IMG/VR virus record: IMGVR_UViG_3300025030_000111
Span: 1 to 60,821 of that record
DNA length: 60,821 bases
Reading direction: 5' to 3' (one strand)
Source of the DNA: a virus
Lineage: Duplodnaviria > Caudoviricetes
The notes beneath the pieces were generated by a model. That model was not told the DNA's origin, ran no database searches, and saw only the letters and a program-made list of their open reading frames with translations. The stretch's first letter is position 1; each line of letters opens with the position of its first letter. The position numbers and the translations under genes were made by a program. Shown one piece after another: positions 40,149 to 50,867 of this stretch.

Positions 40149-41234
40149 ATGAATGATTATCAACCAGAGAATCGTCCCAAACCTTCGACCGATACTCAGG
40201 CGCTGTTGGCTGAGTTGCGAAAGCAGCATAAAAGTTTGAGTATTTTGACGACTGCGGGACAGTTAGACCTTTCCCTGGAACCGTATAGTTCGGGTATTCT
40301 GTCTGTTGATTGTGTTCTGGGAGGAGGAATCTATCCACGTAAAATCTATGAGTTCTACGGTCCGGAAGCAAGCGGTAAGAGTCTGATATTATATAACATA
40401 TTATCTTCTGTGCAAAAAAGAGCAAACGGAAATTTGGTGGCTATTTACGATTCGGAGCGGTCTTCCGATGCCAAGGAATGGCTAGAGTTTAATGGGGTGG
40501 ATATTGATAATCTAATCTACATTGTCGGAACGGCAGAGACCTCTTTGGATGCTCTTTTGACCTGTACTAAAGACCCAAGATGCGGAATTATCGCGATTGA
40601 CTCGATTGCTAGCATGGCTACAGCCCAAGAGATGGAGCATGAAATGGCTACCCGAGAGGTGGCGACAATTGCGGGCCTCCTTCCTAAGTTTTTCAAGAAG
40701 TTTGGTAATTATACGACCAATACTTCCATGATCTTGATCAATCAAGTCAGAGAGGCGATCGGAACCTACACGGCCTATGGAGAGGCATTGCGGACTCCCG
40801 GCGGCAGGTCGGTTCGGCACTGGGCCTCCTCTCTTTTGGAGGTGAGGGGGGTGAGGAAAGAGCTGACTGAGGGGAAGGGGATTGAACAGACAATCAAGGG
40901 GGTGGATGTCTATGTCAAAGCTGTCAAGAATCGACTGGGCGTGGAGGGCAGTCGCAGTTATTTCCGTTTTATTTTTGATCAGGGTATTGATGAGCCCGAG
41001 ATGGTCCTCCGGTTGGCAAAGGTATCGGGGCTATTGAGACAGGGAGGAGCCTGGGTCAAGGGGACGATTATGGGAGAGGACGTGACGTTCCAAGGATTGG
41101 AAGGATTCAGAACTCTCTTAAAGAGCAGACCGGAGTTTGATCCCTGGTTGCGGAGCCGGATCTTGGAGAGTTATAAGAAGCATACATTTGTTACGAAAGA
41201 GGAGGGGGAGCTACCAGATGTTGTTGAAAAGTAG
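40149..41234 (+). CDS. recA: RecA/UvsX-like recombinase
   Basis: GPEASGKS, IAIDSIA, INQVRE, TPGGRS, VKNR. Confidence 0.93.
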   Translation: MNDYQPENRPKPSTDTQALLAELRKQHKSLSILTTAGQLDLSLEPYSSGILSVDCVLGGGIYPRKIYEFYGPEASGKSLILYNILSSVQKRANGNLVAIYDSERSSDAKEWLEFNGVDIDNLIYIVGTAETSLDALLTCTKDPRCGIIAIDSIASMATAQEMEHEMATREVATIAGLLPKFFKKFGNYTTNTSMILINQVREAIGTYTAYGEALRTPGGRSVRHWASSLLEVRGVRKELTEGKGIEQTIKGVDVYVKAVKNRLGVEGSRSYFRFIFDQGIDEPEMVLRLAKVSGLLRQGGAWVKGTIMGEDVTFQGLEGFRTLLKSRPEFDPWLRSRILESYKKHTFVTKEEGELPDVVEK

Positions 41235-41243
41235 GGGGGGGGA

Positions 41244-42387
41244 ATGGAAAACCCAACTAGAGTAACTTATGAGATCTGGAAAATATATGATGATGGTACC
41301 GTGGAACGCTGGAACCAGTTTCCAACATTGGAGAGGGCAAAAGAAGTCAAGGAATTATTCAGCGAGGACCATATGTGCCGGGAGCGAGGATATACCGTTC
41401 GTGCCAAGACCGGATTAGGAATCAACAAATCGTATGAAATATACCGGGTTGAAAGAACCCACGTCAGAGATTAGAGGTGGAGACATTGTTGAGTAGTCAT
41501 ATTATTTTACCAACTGATTGGGAAACGTTTTGGCCGCAGATGAAAATGAATCTGGAGGCGCAAAGAGAGAAGGAACTGAGCTGCTCCTCTCATGATTTTG
41601 TCTCTGACTATGTTGAGGTGACAGACAACACCGGCATGAGCCTTGCTTTGAGGGAGGATGAGCTAGGTACGTGGTTTGAGGGACGAAGATCGATCGGAAA
41701 ATACTGTGTTCACTGCGGAAGGTACAAAGAGGCATGAGTAAGTGGAGGTTTGGAGATTCGCCATCCGGATGGGGGCGGATGTTAGAGCAATACAAGAGGA
41801 AAGAGTTAGAGGACTTGAGTAAGAGTATTGAGCTGTTTAAGAAGTTTCTCGGTGATGGGTCGGGTGTGGTGATTACGAGGATCAACGAGGAAGATAGAAA
41901 AAAATGAATAAGAAGGAGCGCGATAAACTTTGGGCGGGAGATAGAGCTAAAATAAAGAAAACTGGAGAGTCTGCTGTGATTAGATATTTTTCCGATGAGT
42001 CGGCTGTGGGAGTTAGTCCAGACAGCGACCCAGGAGAAATACTTGTATTCCACTATCGAGAGTTGGAGGTTTACGATGGCTAAGAAAGAAGGGAAAAAGC
42101 CTACACTGAAGGAGCGGGAACTTGTGTTAAAAGAGCAGGAATTGGTTTTGAATGTGAAGAAGCAGCAGTTTGAGGAGCAAAAGTTCCAGTTACAAAATAC
42201 GACGGAGCGGCAATACCAGCAGTATCGAGCGGCGGAGGCAGCGTTTGCCTGGACCGTCATTGGGACGATGGGTGGGAGTGGGCAAGTCAAAGATTGGGAC
42301 TCTTTATTGAAGGACACTCGCAGTGCCTGGGAGTTTATAGCCAGCCGCAGCGGTAGCCTCCCGGTTATGTCGGATTCAATAGAATGA
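41244..42387 (+). CDS. small hypothetical genes (41244-41474, 41477-41737, 41734-41907, 41904-42083, about 42076-42387)
   Basis: Coupled ORFs, two of them below the track cut-off. Confidence 0.5.
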
Positions 42388-42695
42388 AGCCGGGAATTAA
42401 AGCTGAGAAGAAGATTCTCTCTAAGCTAGAAATTTCTAGAATTCCTTTCTCCGGCTCTAACTGGTGGCTGAAATCTGATGGGACTAATAAACATTTTAGG
42501 GTAGAAGTAAAGAGCACCGAGAAAAAAAGTTACTCCCTTAAGAAAGAGATATGGAAGAAGATCGAACGGGAGTCGCTAGAGACTGGAAAGATTCCCTTAA
42601 TGGTTCTGGATATCTCCGGGCTGGAATTGGTTATTATGGACATTGAAACCTTTAAAGATATAAGCTTCGTCTATCTAAACCAGACGAGAGCATAA
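42384..42695 (+). CDS. PD-(D/E)XK nuclease, Holliday-junction-resolvase-like
   Basis: SGS...KSDG...VEVKST. Confidence 0.75.
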   Translation: MKPGIKAEKKILSKLEISRIPFSGSNWWLKSDGTNKHFRVEVKSTEKKSYSLKKEIWKKIERESLETGKIPLMVLDISGLELVIMDIETFKDISFVYLNQTRA

Positions 42696-43338
42696 GAAAA
42701 GGGAGGTCATAGTGGGCGGAATTTTAGGGCCTTGTCAGACAGAGAAGGACATGACCTACTTACAAAATCTGGCTAGGAAGCTTTACGAAGGATCTGAAAG
42801 ACTTTCTCCAAAGCAGATCGGGCCGAGAATCGGGCGCAACGCTTCTGAGATACGCGGCTGGGTCAAGCGATTTGGGTGGACCAGAACGCCCATGCAAAAA
42901 TCCTCTGAGCTGCGTCCCCCGCCTGAAGATGACGAGGCTCCCTTTATCTGCGAAAGCTGCCGCATCAATTCTACTTGGAATAGATTATGTAGCCCCTGCT
43001 GTATCCTAGAGATACGCAGAGATCTGGGCATAGAAAAAAAGAAGTTGAAGGACGGGATACGGGATTCAACTGCTGTTAGGCTAGCTGGTAGTCGTTTGAA
43101 TCGGGGATCGGTAATCTGTTAGGAGGATTTTAGTGGGCGCCAGGTTTATTCAAACAAAAACTGTATCGATGTGGGGTTCAGAGTTTCCTGATAAATTAGC
43201 ACAGATTAATGTCGATCACATTTCTTTTATCAACGAGCAACCAAACGGATTGGTCTTTGTTGGCCTGAACGGCCCCACGGGGGTTTATGTCAGAGAGACG
43301 TTAAATTCTATTATGGATAAGATTAACGGGGTGAGGGC

Positions 43339-44055
43339 GTGAAAAAGAATAATCGAATCGACGCAGAAAGCCTCTTCCTCTCTGAGTTTGCAGAGCCGGA
43401 GGAGAGGACCGAAGTAGAATTGGAACCGGCTCCTAAGATGCGGCTAGAAGCCCCCTCCGATAAGCTCAGTCCGATGGAGTGGACGATGAAATACTGTCAA
43501 AACGACCAACAGGCGGACTGGCTTAGGCGGAAGTATACAACTGACTTGCTTCGTAACTTCGTTTCCGCTTCTAATATTTCACCCATGACTGGAAAAGGCT
43601 TCGTCGGATTTCTCAAGACTTATAAACCTAAAGAGGTAATTAATTGGGTCGTCACCGTCAACCAGGAATTTTTTCAAGGAAGAGCTTTACAATTTATTGC
43701 TAACCTGGGGGAAAAATTAACTCCCTTTCCTTTATTAGAATTGACTCAGGCGGTGGAATGGCTGAAAGAAAATGAGGCCGCTACTTACGAGGAGTGGAGA
43801 AGGGCTGGTATGTTTAGCCCGGCGCATGTCCTCGATACCAAAATTGGAGAGGAGCCGTTTACTTTAATCGCTTCTGGTGATATCGTAAGTATACTGGAGG
43901 CATCCAATTTGAGGGCCGCTCGCTCGGTTCTTGGCAGGTTGACGGCTACAGGATGCAGTGTTTTGATTTTATACTCAGATGAAAAAAGTATTGCGGAATT
44001 AGAGCAAAGGCAGCTCTTTTTTGGTCTGAAGAAATTCTGGTTGGGGGAGTTCTAA
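43339..44055 (+). CDS. hypothetical protein, possibly a degenerate helicase loader
   Basis: Immediately upstream of DnaB; no intact Walker A seen. Confidence 0.35.
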   Translation: MKKNNRIDAESLFLSEFAEPEERTEVELEPAPKMRLEAPSDKLSPMEWTMKYCQNDQQADWLRRKYTTDLLRNFVSASNISPMTGKGFVGFLKTYKPKEVINWVVTVNQEFFQGRALQFIANLGEKLTPFPLLELTQAVEWLKENEAATYEEWRRAGMFSPAHVLDTKIGEEPFTLIASGDIVSILEASNLRAARSVLGRLTATGCSVLILYSDEKSIAELEQRQLFFGLKKFWLGEF

Positions 44056-44112
44056 CTAAAACTTGATTACAAATCTAGTGGTTTTTCTGACATTTATTTG
44101 AGTTAATAGGGG

Positions 44113-45333
44113 TTGTCTATGTTGTATGCGGAGAGTCAAATCCTCTTATCTCATCTGATAAAAGATGTAGAGGTTCCTGACCATCTCCTGTCAGAAGAGG
44201 CTATGACCGCCCGCAAGTGGATACTCTCTTATAAAAATCAATATGGAAAGAAGCCCTCTCCTGAAAGTTTCTCTGAAAAGTTTAATGTCCCTTTGCGGGA
44301 TCTTGACCCTTATGATGAAATCTTAGAAACCTTGGTAGATTTCAAGGCGGCGGCGGCGATTGAAGATATTGAGGGAATTCTAGGGGATACACGAAATCCT
44401 CGCAAAGTCATGGAAGCACTCCTGGAGAAGGCCAGGGAGTTTATGGATCAGGTGGGGGCTTCCCAAGATAAGGTATCTGCTGTCCGGGACGGGATGGATG
44501 AATTTTTTAATGATTACCGGCATCAACGTGCTCAGGGGATCGTTCCGCACGTAGCTCGCTTTGGGTTCCCTACTCTGGATGATGAGACAAATGGTTTTGA
44601 ACGGGGGGATGTGATTGTTCTCTGCGCAAGGCTCAAGGCAGGGAAGAGCACCTGGGCTAGGCATGTGGCGATCAACAACCTCAAAGATAACAAGAGAACT
44701 GTTTATTTCGCTCTGGAAGAGAATGTAGAGATGACATTAAAACTTTTCTATTCTTACTTCGCTCAGATGCCCTCTCGTGGGTTTCTCCGTAACAATAACT
44801 CGCAGCAGGAACTCTCTGATTTGATTCAGAAGACTCAAGCTATTAAAGGGCTAACAGGAGACATCCTCGTCCCTCACGTCAATGTCTCCTCGACGTTGGA
44901 TATTCTTCGTTACCTGGATCAGCACAATCCGGATCTCTTTATTCTAGATCAGCTTTCGATTTTTGCGGGCGATTTGGATTGGAAGGTTGTAACGAAGCAA
45001 ATTTATAAGTTGAAGAATGATGTCTGTATGAAGACGGGGATTCCCGCCTTGGTCTTGACTCAAGATAACCGGAAGGGAATTACGGCTTATGCTGATGGAA
45101 TTGAGGCGGCGGCGGACAAAGTGTTGAGGCTTTCTAAAGATCCAGAATCCCCAACTGAATTGAAGACAATTACGGTTGAACGGAATCGACGCGGAGCTTT
45201 TGGAGGGGTTATCCCCTTAAGATGGGAGCCTCAGAATAGTATCTGTGAAGAACTTGGTACGGCCCCCGTGAATGTGTGGAAACCAAATACATCTGGGGGA
45301 ACCTCAGTGAAACCGTTAAATTGGGAGGAGTAA
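44113..45333 (+). CDS. dnaB: DnaB-like replicative helicase
   Basis: GFPTLDDETNGF, ARLKAGKS, FALEE, ILDQL, IEAAADKV, RNRRG. Confidence 0.9.
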   Translation: MSMLYAESQILLSHLIKDVEVPDHLLSEEAMTARKWILSYKNQYGKKPSPESFSEKFNVPLRDLDPYDEILETLVDFKAAAAIEDIEGILGDTRNPRKVMEALLEKAREFMDQVGASQDKVSAVRDGMDEFFNDYRHQRAQGIVPHVARFGFPTLDDETNGFERGDVIVLCARLKAGKSTWARHVAINNLKDNKRTVYFALEENVEMTLKLFYSYFAQMPSRGFLRNNNSQQELSDLIQKTQAIKGLTGDILVPHVNVSSTLDILRYLDQHNPDLFILDQLSIFAGDLDWKVVTKQIYKLKNDVCMKTGIPALVLTQDNRKGITAYADGIEAAADKVLRLSKDPESPTELKTITVERNRRGAFGGVIPLRWEPQNSICEELGTAPVNVWKPNTSGGTSVKPLNWEE

Positions 45334-46221
45334 AGAATGTCGAAAGATGTGACTCAAGATATTTTGATTCAAGCTCTAGAACGAGAGCGGGACGAACTGA
45401 GATTGGTGCTTGATAGTGCCCGCGCGCTCCAGGAGGAGACGAGTGCGGCACTAAAGCGGTCAAGGCTGGAGGTCGAAAGGCTGACGGAGGAGCGAGATCG
45501 CCTTTTGGTGATTGAGAAAGCCTCTAGGGATTTTATCCTCAGCAACGCACATGAGCCGGGATGTTATGACGACAATCCTTGCACCCTGTGTGAGACTCGG
45601 GAGTTTCGTCTGGTAAAGGCTTTGGGTTTGATTGATGCAGCATCTTCCCAGTGAGTGAGTGAGATAGAAGGAGGAACGGTGGACGAGGAAATTACGCGGA
45701 AGTTGCTAGGGGATGAGGGTTTCGCCATGTATCGCCAGATGGTTGACACACCCAGATTGGTTGATCCCTCTCCATTGCAGGCCCGCATCAAAGAGTTGGA
45801 GGCGGCGTTGAAGGCTGTCGAGTGGGCCGTGAGGGCCAACATGACGGATGAGGAAATCTATCTTTGCCCGTGTTGCTATTTCGAGGAGGCTAAAGGCCAT
45901 TCGTCGTTCTGTGCGGTTGGTAGAGCCCTGGGAGGTGCAGCGGAGCGGTCCAGGAAGAAAAGGCGTGAGGAGGGCTAGGATGTGCAGATGCGGCATGAAC
46001 CGGCGGAGGTGTTACATATCCCGGCGCGAGCCTCTACGACCGCTCGTGCGGCAACTGTGGGAGCAGGGTATCTCCTTGGCTGATATTCACGACGTCACCG
46101 GCGTCTCAGAGGACGAACAGAGGCGGTGGGCTGCGGAGGAGGGATGGGGACAGCAGGAATCGGACGAAGAGGGGCGGAAAACAAAAATGTAGGGAATAAG
46201 AGTTAAGATGGAGGTAGAGAC

Positions 46222-46734
46222 TTGAATAATTGGACACGACTTTTTGTGTTGATAAGTGTTCTGCTTGTTATTTTGTTTGGGATTCGTCCGTCCTATCCAG
46301 TTTCAACAAATTTTCAAGTTTCAGCAACGGTTGAAACTGTCCTGGGAGTGAAACCGTTGGTTCGGCAACCTATGGGGCTGCTGGTTGCCAGTTCCGAAAA
46401 TGAGCATTACGATCTGCTTCTCGCTATGGGGCCGATTGAACGGAAGTTTTCTAACGCAGTCGATGAGAGGACGATTAACGGTAAGCGATTCTGGGTTGCT
46501 CACGACAGGGGCGGTTCCTTGCAGATCCTTACCTTTATCAGCGGCGGAGGAGAAGCGACTGTTCAGGTTGAGAGCGAGCTGGAACTACTGCCGGTGATAG
46601 AAAAGGAACTGATTTATAATGTTGAAGCCCGACCGGGCGAAATCTTTATTACCGTCACCCCAGAAAGAAACAGAGGAGAAGAAACGTTGGAGGGTGGCGA
46701 CCTCCGGGAATACCAAACCGCAGATCTTCTCTGA
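46222..46734 (+). CDS. putative exported protein
   Basis: Hydrophobic N-terminal signal/TM segment followed by a beta-rich domain. Confidence 0.55.
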   Translation: MNNWTRLFVLISVLLVILFGIRPSYPVSTNFQVSATVETVLGVKPLVRQPMGLLVASSENEHYDLLLAMGPIERKFSNAVDERTINGKRFWVAHDRGGSLQILTFISGGGEATVQVESELELLPVIEKELIYNVEARPGEIFITVTPERNRGEETLEGGDLREYQTADLL

Positions 46735-46803
46735 TCTCGCGGCAGCATTGAGAAGGGCATCTGATTTGTGTAAAACTACACACGTAATTGTCGAGGCTCT
46801 TCC

Positions 46804-47280
46804 ATGCGGCTCTCCTCTAAATACCTCTTGAGTCTGCTTCTAATTCTGTCCTCCTGTGGAATGCCAGGACAATCTAATCCTCCCAGACCGTCCCCCACTC
46901 CTATTCCTTCTCCGGCTCCTCCTCCCGTTCAATGGGTCACTCCTGAAATTGTCGATAAACTCCTTGCTCTGCCCGAGATTAATTTCGCCAGAGTACAGAG
47001 CAAGCAGGAAATCAAAGATGCCAGTGCTGCCGTCTTCAATGTTTATTATGAAGAGAACTTGGTTCGGTTTGGTAAGATCGATCTCCAAGTATTGATACTT
47101 ATATATCAGAACCAGCTAGAGCATGTCGTGGTTGAATTTAACGATCCGATCGTCTATGATAAAGTCTACCAGGGGTTGCTGGTCTATTATACATTTACGG
47201 GACGGGTTATAATCTTACCTTATGACAAGGGAGTTTTGTACTTAAGGGAGATGAGGGTGGCGTTACCTTCAGATGTCTAG
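46804..47280 (+). CDS. putative lipoprotein
   Basis: Basic N-terminus, hydrophobic core, lipobox LSSC, Pro-rich linker. Confidence 0.7.
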   Translation: MRLSSKYLLSLLLILSSCGMPGQSNPPRPSPTPIPSPAPPPVQWVTPEIVDKLLALPEINFARVQSKQEIKDASAAVFNVYYEENLVRFGKIDLQVLILIYQNQLEHVVVEFNDPIVYDKVYQGLLVYYTFTGRVIILPYDKGVLYLREMRVALPSDV

Positions 47281-47331
47281 AGCCATTATGGTAACTGCTA
47301 ATGGGCGTTATAGAGGTTACGGTATATTATT

Positions 47332-48228
47332 ATGGACGTTAGAGGGTGGGTTTTAGAAAATTTAAGCAAACCTAGATCGTTTAAAAAGTATGTCTCTGCC
47401 TGTTGCCCGTACCATAATGACTCTCGGCCCTCATGGCTCTTTTTCCTGGATTCAAATTCTGGTTATTGCAAATCTTGCGGCCATCGTTCTACCTTACCAG
47501 AGTTAATTAGTCGGATAACAGGAAAATCTTTAGCAGAGTCTCGAAAGGAGGCCCGTCAACTTGTCAGAGGAAGAGATAGTCGCCCTGTTCATAGGTCTGA
47601 TTCTCATAACGCTCGGCCTTGGGACGTTACTCTGGGGCATTATTCTGTTGATCAAGGCGTAGAATATTGGGAGTCTAGATATGTTTCGGAGATTTCTCGA
47701 CTTCGTTATCGCCTGGGCTATGACGAGACCAAAGGTGCAGTTGTCATTCCAGTTCACGACCCAAAAGGAAGACCCGTCGGATTGATCTATCGGTACACCG
47801 ACCCTAATAGTTTTAAGCGATATGAAAATACCCCCGGCTTGGAGCCCAGCAAACTCCTCTGGGGGTATCATTATTTAAAAGCGCCTAAGAGAGTCTATGT
47901 TACTGAGGGGCCGATTGATTGTATACTATTAAACCAATGTGGATATCCGGCGGTAGCTAGTTTTACCTCTAGTATTTCTAAGCCCCAGATTAGATTATTG
48001 AATAAGCTTGGGTCGGAAATCTATGTAGTTCTTGATTCAGACCGTTCAGGGCTTGAATTAGGTGACAAAATTTCAAAGATGGGGTATAATATTTGTTGTA
48101 TAGCAAAGGAAGGGGTAAAAGACGCAGCAGAAATGGTAGATAAGTTAGGGAAGATTGAACTCGAACACATCCCCGCCCACTGCTGGAGATCCTGGATCAG
48201 GCAGTCAAAAAACAAGGGTAGAAATTGA
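47332..48228 (+). CDS. DNA primase (Zn finger + TOPRIM)
   Basis: CPYHND...CKSCG; TEGPID; DSDRSG. Confidence 0.92.
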   Translation: MDVRGWVLENLSKPRSFKKYVSACCPYHNDSRPSWLFFLDSNSGYCKSCGHRSTLPELISRITGKSLAESRKEARQLVRGRDSRPVHRSDSHNARPWDVTLGHYSVDQGVEYWESRYVSEISRLRYRLGYDETKGAVVIPVHDPKGRPVGLIYRYTDPNSFKRYENTPGLEPSKLLWGYHYLKAPKRVYVTEGPIDCILLNQCGYPAVASFTSSISKPQIRLLNKLGSEIYVVLDSDRSGLELGDKISKMGYNICCIAKEGVKDAAEMVDKLGKIELEHIPAHCWRSWIRQSKNKGRN

Positions 48229-48675
48229 CGATGAGTTAGTTGACTTGTTTGGTATCTACTTGTCAGAGCTGAGAGCTTTTGCCAGGAAGTTTAAGAATTT
48301 TGCCTTGAGCAATATCAAGATTGAGTTTGCCATGGAGGCGGTTGAGGGGAAGAAGCTCCTCAAGTATATGGTCGCCAATGGCCTCGCCACCTCCTACTTC
48401 CGAGATCCCCAAACGAGATACCGTCCCACGGAATTCCTACTTTCACGCGGCGGCTATGGAATCAAATCTAAGTGGTGCGACGTACCTGGATGCGGAAGAG
48501 TTTATGACAGTCCAACATTTGAGCAGAAGATTTGTGCTTGTGGTAATTCAAACCTCCGGCTTGGTCATCCTTTTAGGGCAGAAGAACCTAGTAAAGACGT
48601 TGGGTGTAGTCCTACAGTGACTGTTAGATTACACGGACAGCAGAGAGCACCGCTTAAGATTAGGGGGCAAGAGTA

Positions 48676-48885
48676 ATGTCAAATAGACAAGGTGAGATTT
48701 TATTTCTTACTAGGAGGGTGAAAGATTTGAGACTATGGCTCGAAGAGGCTGAGGATAGGTTGAGTTATTTGATTAAAGCCGATTTAGAAGAAGTAGCGGC
48801 AAGAAAGAACACTGAGAATTACATATGGAACACAGGCGGTATTGTGACACGGATGATACTTCTATTCAGAGGTTATAGGCCATGA
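48676..48885 (+). CDS. small hypothetical protein, paralog of 49428-49613
   Basis: Shared AD.EEV.ARKN.EN..WNTGGI..R...RGYRP. Confidence 0.7.
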   Translation: MSNRQGEILFLTRRVKDLRLWLEEAEDRLSYLIKADLEEVAARKNTENYIWNTGGIVTRMILLFRGYRP

Positions 48886-49427
48886 GCATTAAATTTGAAG
48901 ATGTTGGTATTGCGAACATCAAAAGTAATGACCGAGAACTGATCGAAATCTATACGTCAGAGGGAACGATTATTCTAACTCAGTTTCAGGCATTGTTACT
49001 GGCCGATAGATTAGAGTATCTAGTTCGAGGCCATGCTACTTTTTCTGGCGGAGAGAGAGTAATCGATCAAGGAGGAACTAAGTGTCACTGTGGGGCGGGG
49101 GAATTACAAACTTTTTACAAATACGACAAGCTCCATTATGAAAATTATTACCAAAAGAGCGGCAATGAGGGCGTTTTCTGTTCTTCGTGTAGTTCTTATT
49201 TCCCCAGGTATGTTGTAGAGGATGTCAAGGATGACGTGTAATCATAACTGGGTATACTCCTCTCGTATTTTGACCTCTTCTCCGGCACAGCAAGACCGAA
49301 TCTGTAGATATTGCGGGCTGAGGGATCGGGTTCGGCAAGGAGAGATTTGGCCCAACGAGTACGACCATCTTCTGAAAAAATTTCACCCTCCTATTGACAG
49401 TTCTATAGACAATTCTACACAAACTTC

Positions 49428-49613
49428 ATGACAACGGTTGATAGGATTTTAGAGGCTGCACGAAGAATGTTGGAGGCCGAGAAGGAATTAACTGATTTAG
49501 TTAGGGCTGATGTAGAAGAAGTCGTGGCTAGGAAAAACGCTGAAAATCGTAAGTGGAACACGGGCGGAATTTTAGCTAGGTTGGGTCTTATTCTGAGGGG
49601 CTATCGACCGTGA
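49428..49613 (+). CDS. small hypothetical protein, paralog of 48676-48885
   Basis: Same C-terminal motif. Confidence 0.7.
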   Translation: MTTVDRILEAARRMLEAEKELTDLVRADVEEVVARKNAENRKWNTGGILARLGLILRGYRP

Positions 49614-49937
49614 CGGTAGATTTCCTTCCCTACCTTAAGAGAAAGCTGATTCGGGAGTTGATAACAATTTGCTCAGAAGTGATGACTGAGTGGATAGCAG
49701 AGGACGATCAACCCAGACAGTTAAAAAATCTTAATAATCATTTTGAGCAGCTAGATCTGCGGGCGATTAAGAATTTGATCTCAGATGCAGAAGGGTTGAA
49801 AAATTTTATTAATATACAATTTACCAACGGCAGAGTATGCTTAGGATGTAGAAACTTAACAAGTAGGGGCCTGTGCAAAGTCTGGGATGAAAGCCGAAGT
49901 TGTTGGTCGTCATGTTCTAAGTTTGAGAGCAGGGAAG

Positions 49938-50531
49938 ATGGTCCAGAAGGCCCGGATTCAAACCGCTACGCCTAAGAGCCGAGAAGAGATTGAAGCCCTG
50001 ATTCCGTTGCTTCCAAAGGACTTTGGGATTGTCTCGATAGATCAATCGTACAGTTGTACGGGCCTTTGTTTCGTAGACAGGCTTGGAATGGTCTATGACA
50101 CAATCATTCCGCGTAAGACTTTGGGCGTAGGAAGGCTATTAGAAATTGAATCTCGTCTGGTGGGATTTTTGAAACTGCACAGAGCCTCGGTGGTGGTCAT
50201 GGAGGGGTACTCAAGAAATTCTCAACATAGGAGAGAGGAGGCGGGCGAATGTTCGGGAGTTGTTAAATTATTGTTGTACCGTATGCAGATACCCACCTAT
50301 GTAATTTCCCCGCTTTCCGCCAAGTTGTTTATGACGGGGAAAGGAAACGCTAAGAAGGAAGAGATGGTTGCTGCTTGTTCGCTCACTCCCCGGCTTATTA
50401 AAGAGGGTAGGAGTAGGCAGGTTCAGGAGGCGATAGCGGACAGTTATGCCCTGGCTCTTTCGTGTTTATCAATTTTGACTGATCCGGAATCCGCCGTTAA
50501 GTTTACGAAAGTGGTAACAAGTGAGCGTTAA
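49938..50531 (+). CDS. RuvC-like Holliday junction resolvase
   Basis: SIDQSYSCTG, VVMEGY, GKGNAKKEEM, ADSYALA. Confidence 0.85.
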   Translation: MVQKARIQTATPKSREEIEALIPLLPKDFGIVSIDQSYSCTGLCFVDRLGMVYDTIIPRKTLGVGRLLEIESRLVGFLKLHRASVVVMEGYSRNSQHRREEAGECSGVVKLLLYRMQIPTYVISPLSAKLFMTGKGNAKKEEMVAACSLTPRLIKEGRSRQVQEAIADSYALALSCLSILTDPESAVKFTKVVTSER

Positions 50532-50787
50532 TTTTAATTACTATCCTCAAGAGCCAAAGGATTTCAAGACCGGAAGGTGTGTCCTCCCCTGTCTTGACTG
50601 TCGGGAGCTGGAACTGGAAATTTTAAGACTCAAATTGGAGTTAGCGGAACAAAAAATTGCTTTGAAGTCGCTTCAAAAAAGTGCTAGGATAGAGGAACAA
50701 GAAAATAAACAGTAGGAGACTGAGCTATATGGATTTAAAGGGTCGGAACATCCTTACTATATTCTTATAGCCTGTCTGCCGGGTCAA

Positions 50788-50823
50788 TCGGCCATCCCTT
50801 ACCAGGGTGGCCGGTTTTGTTTT
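50788..50823 (+). terminator. terminator-like hairpin just upstream of the RNR gene
   Basis: TCGGCCATCCCT-TACC-AGGGTGGCCGG followed by TTTTGTTTT. Confidence 0.55.
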
Positions 50824-50867
50824 CTGAGGTATTTTACAAGCATTTTTTCAACTTCGGAGGCTATCTT

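Noticed and set aside
50716-50867. Cobalamin riboswitch upstream of the class II RNR
   Set aside because: The gap is short and I see no B12-box; only a terminator-like hairpin
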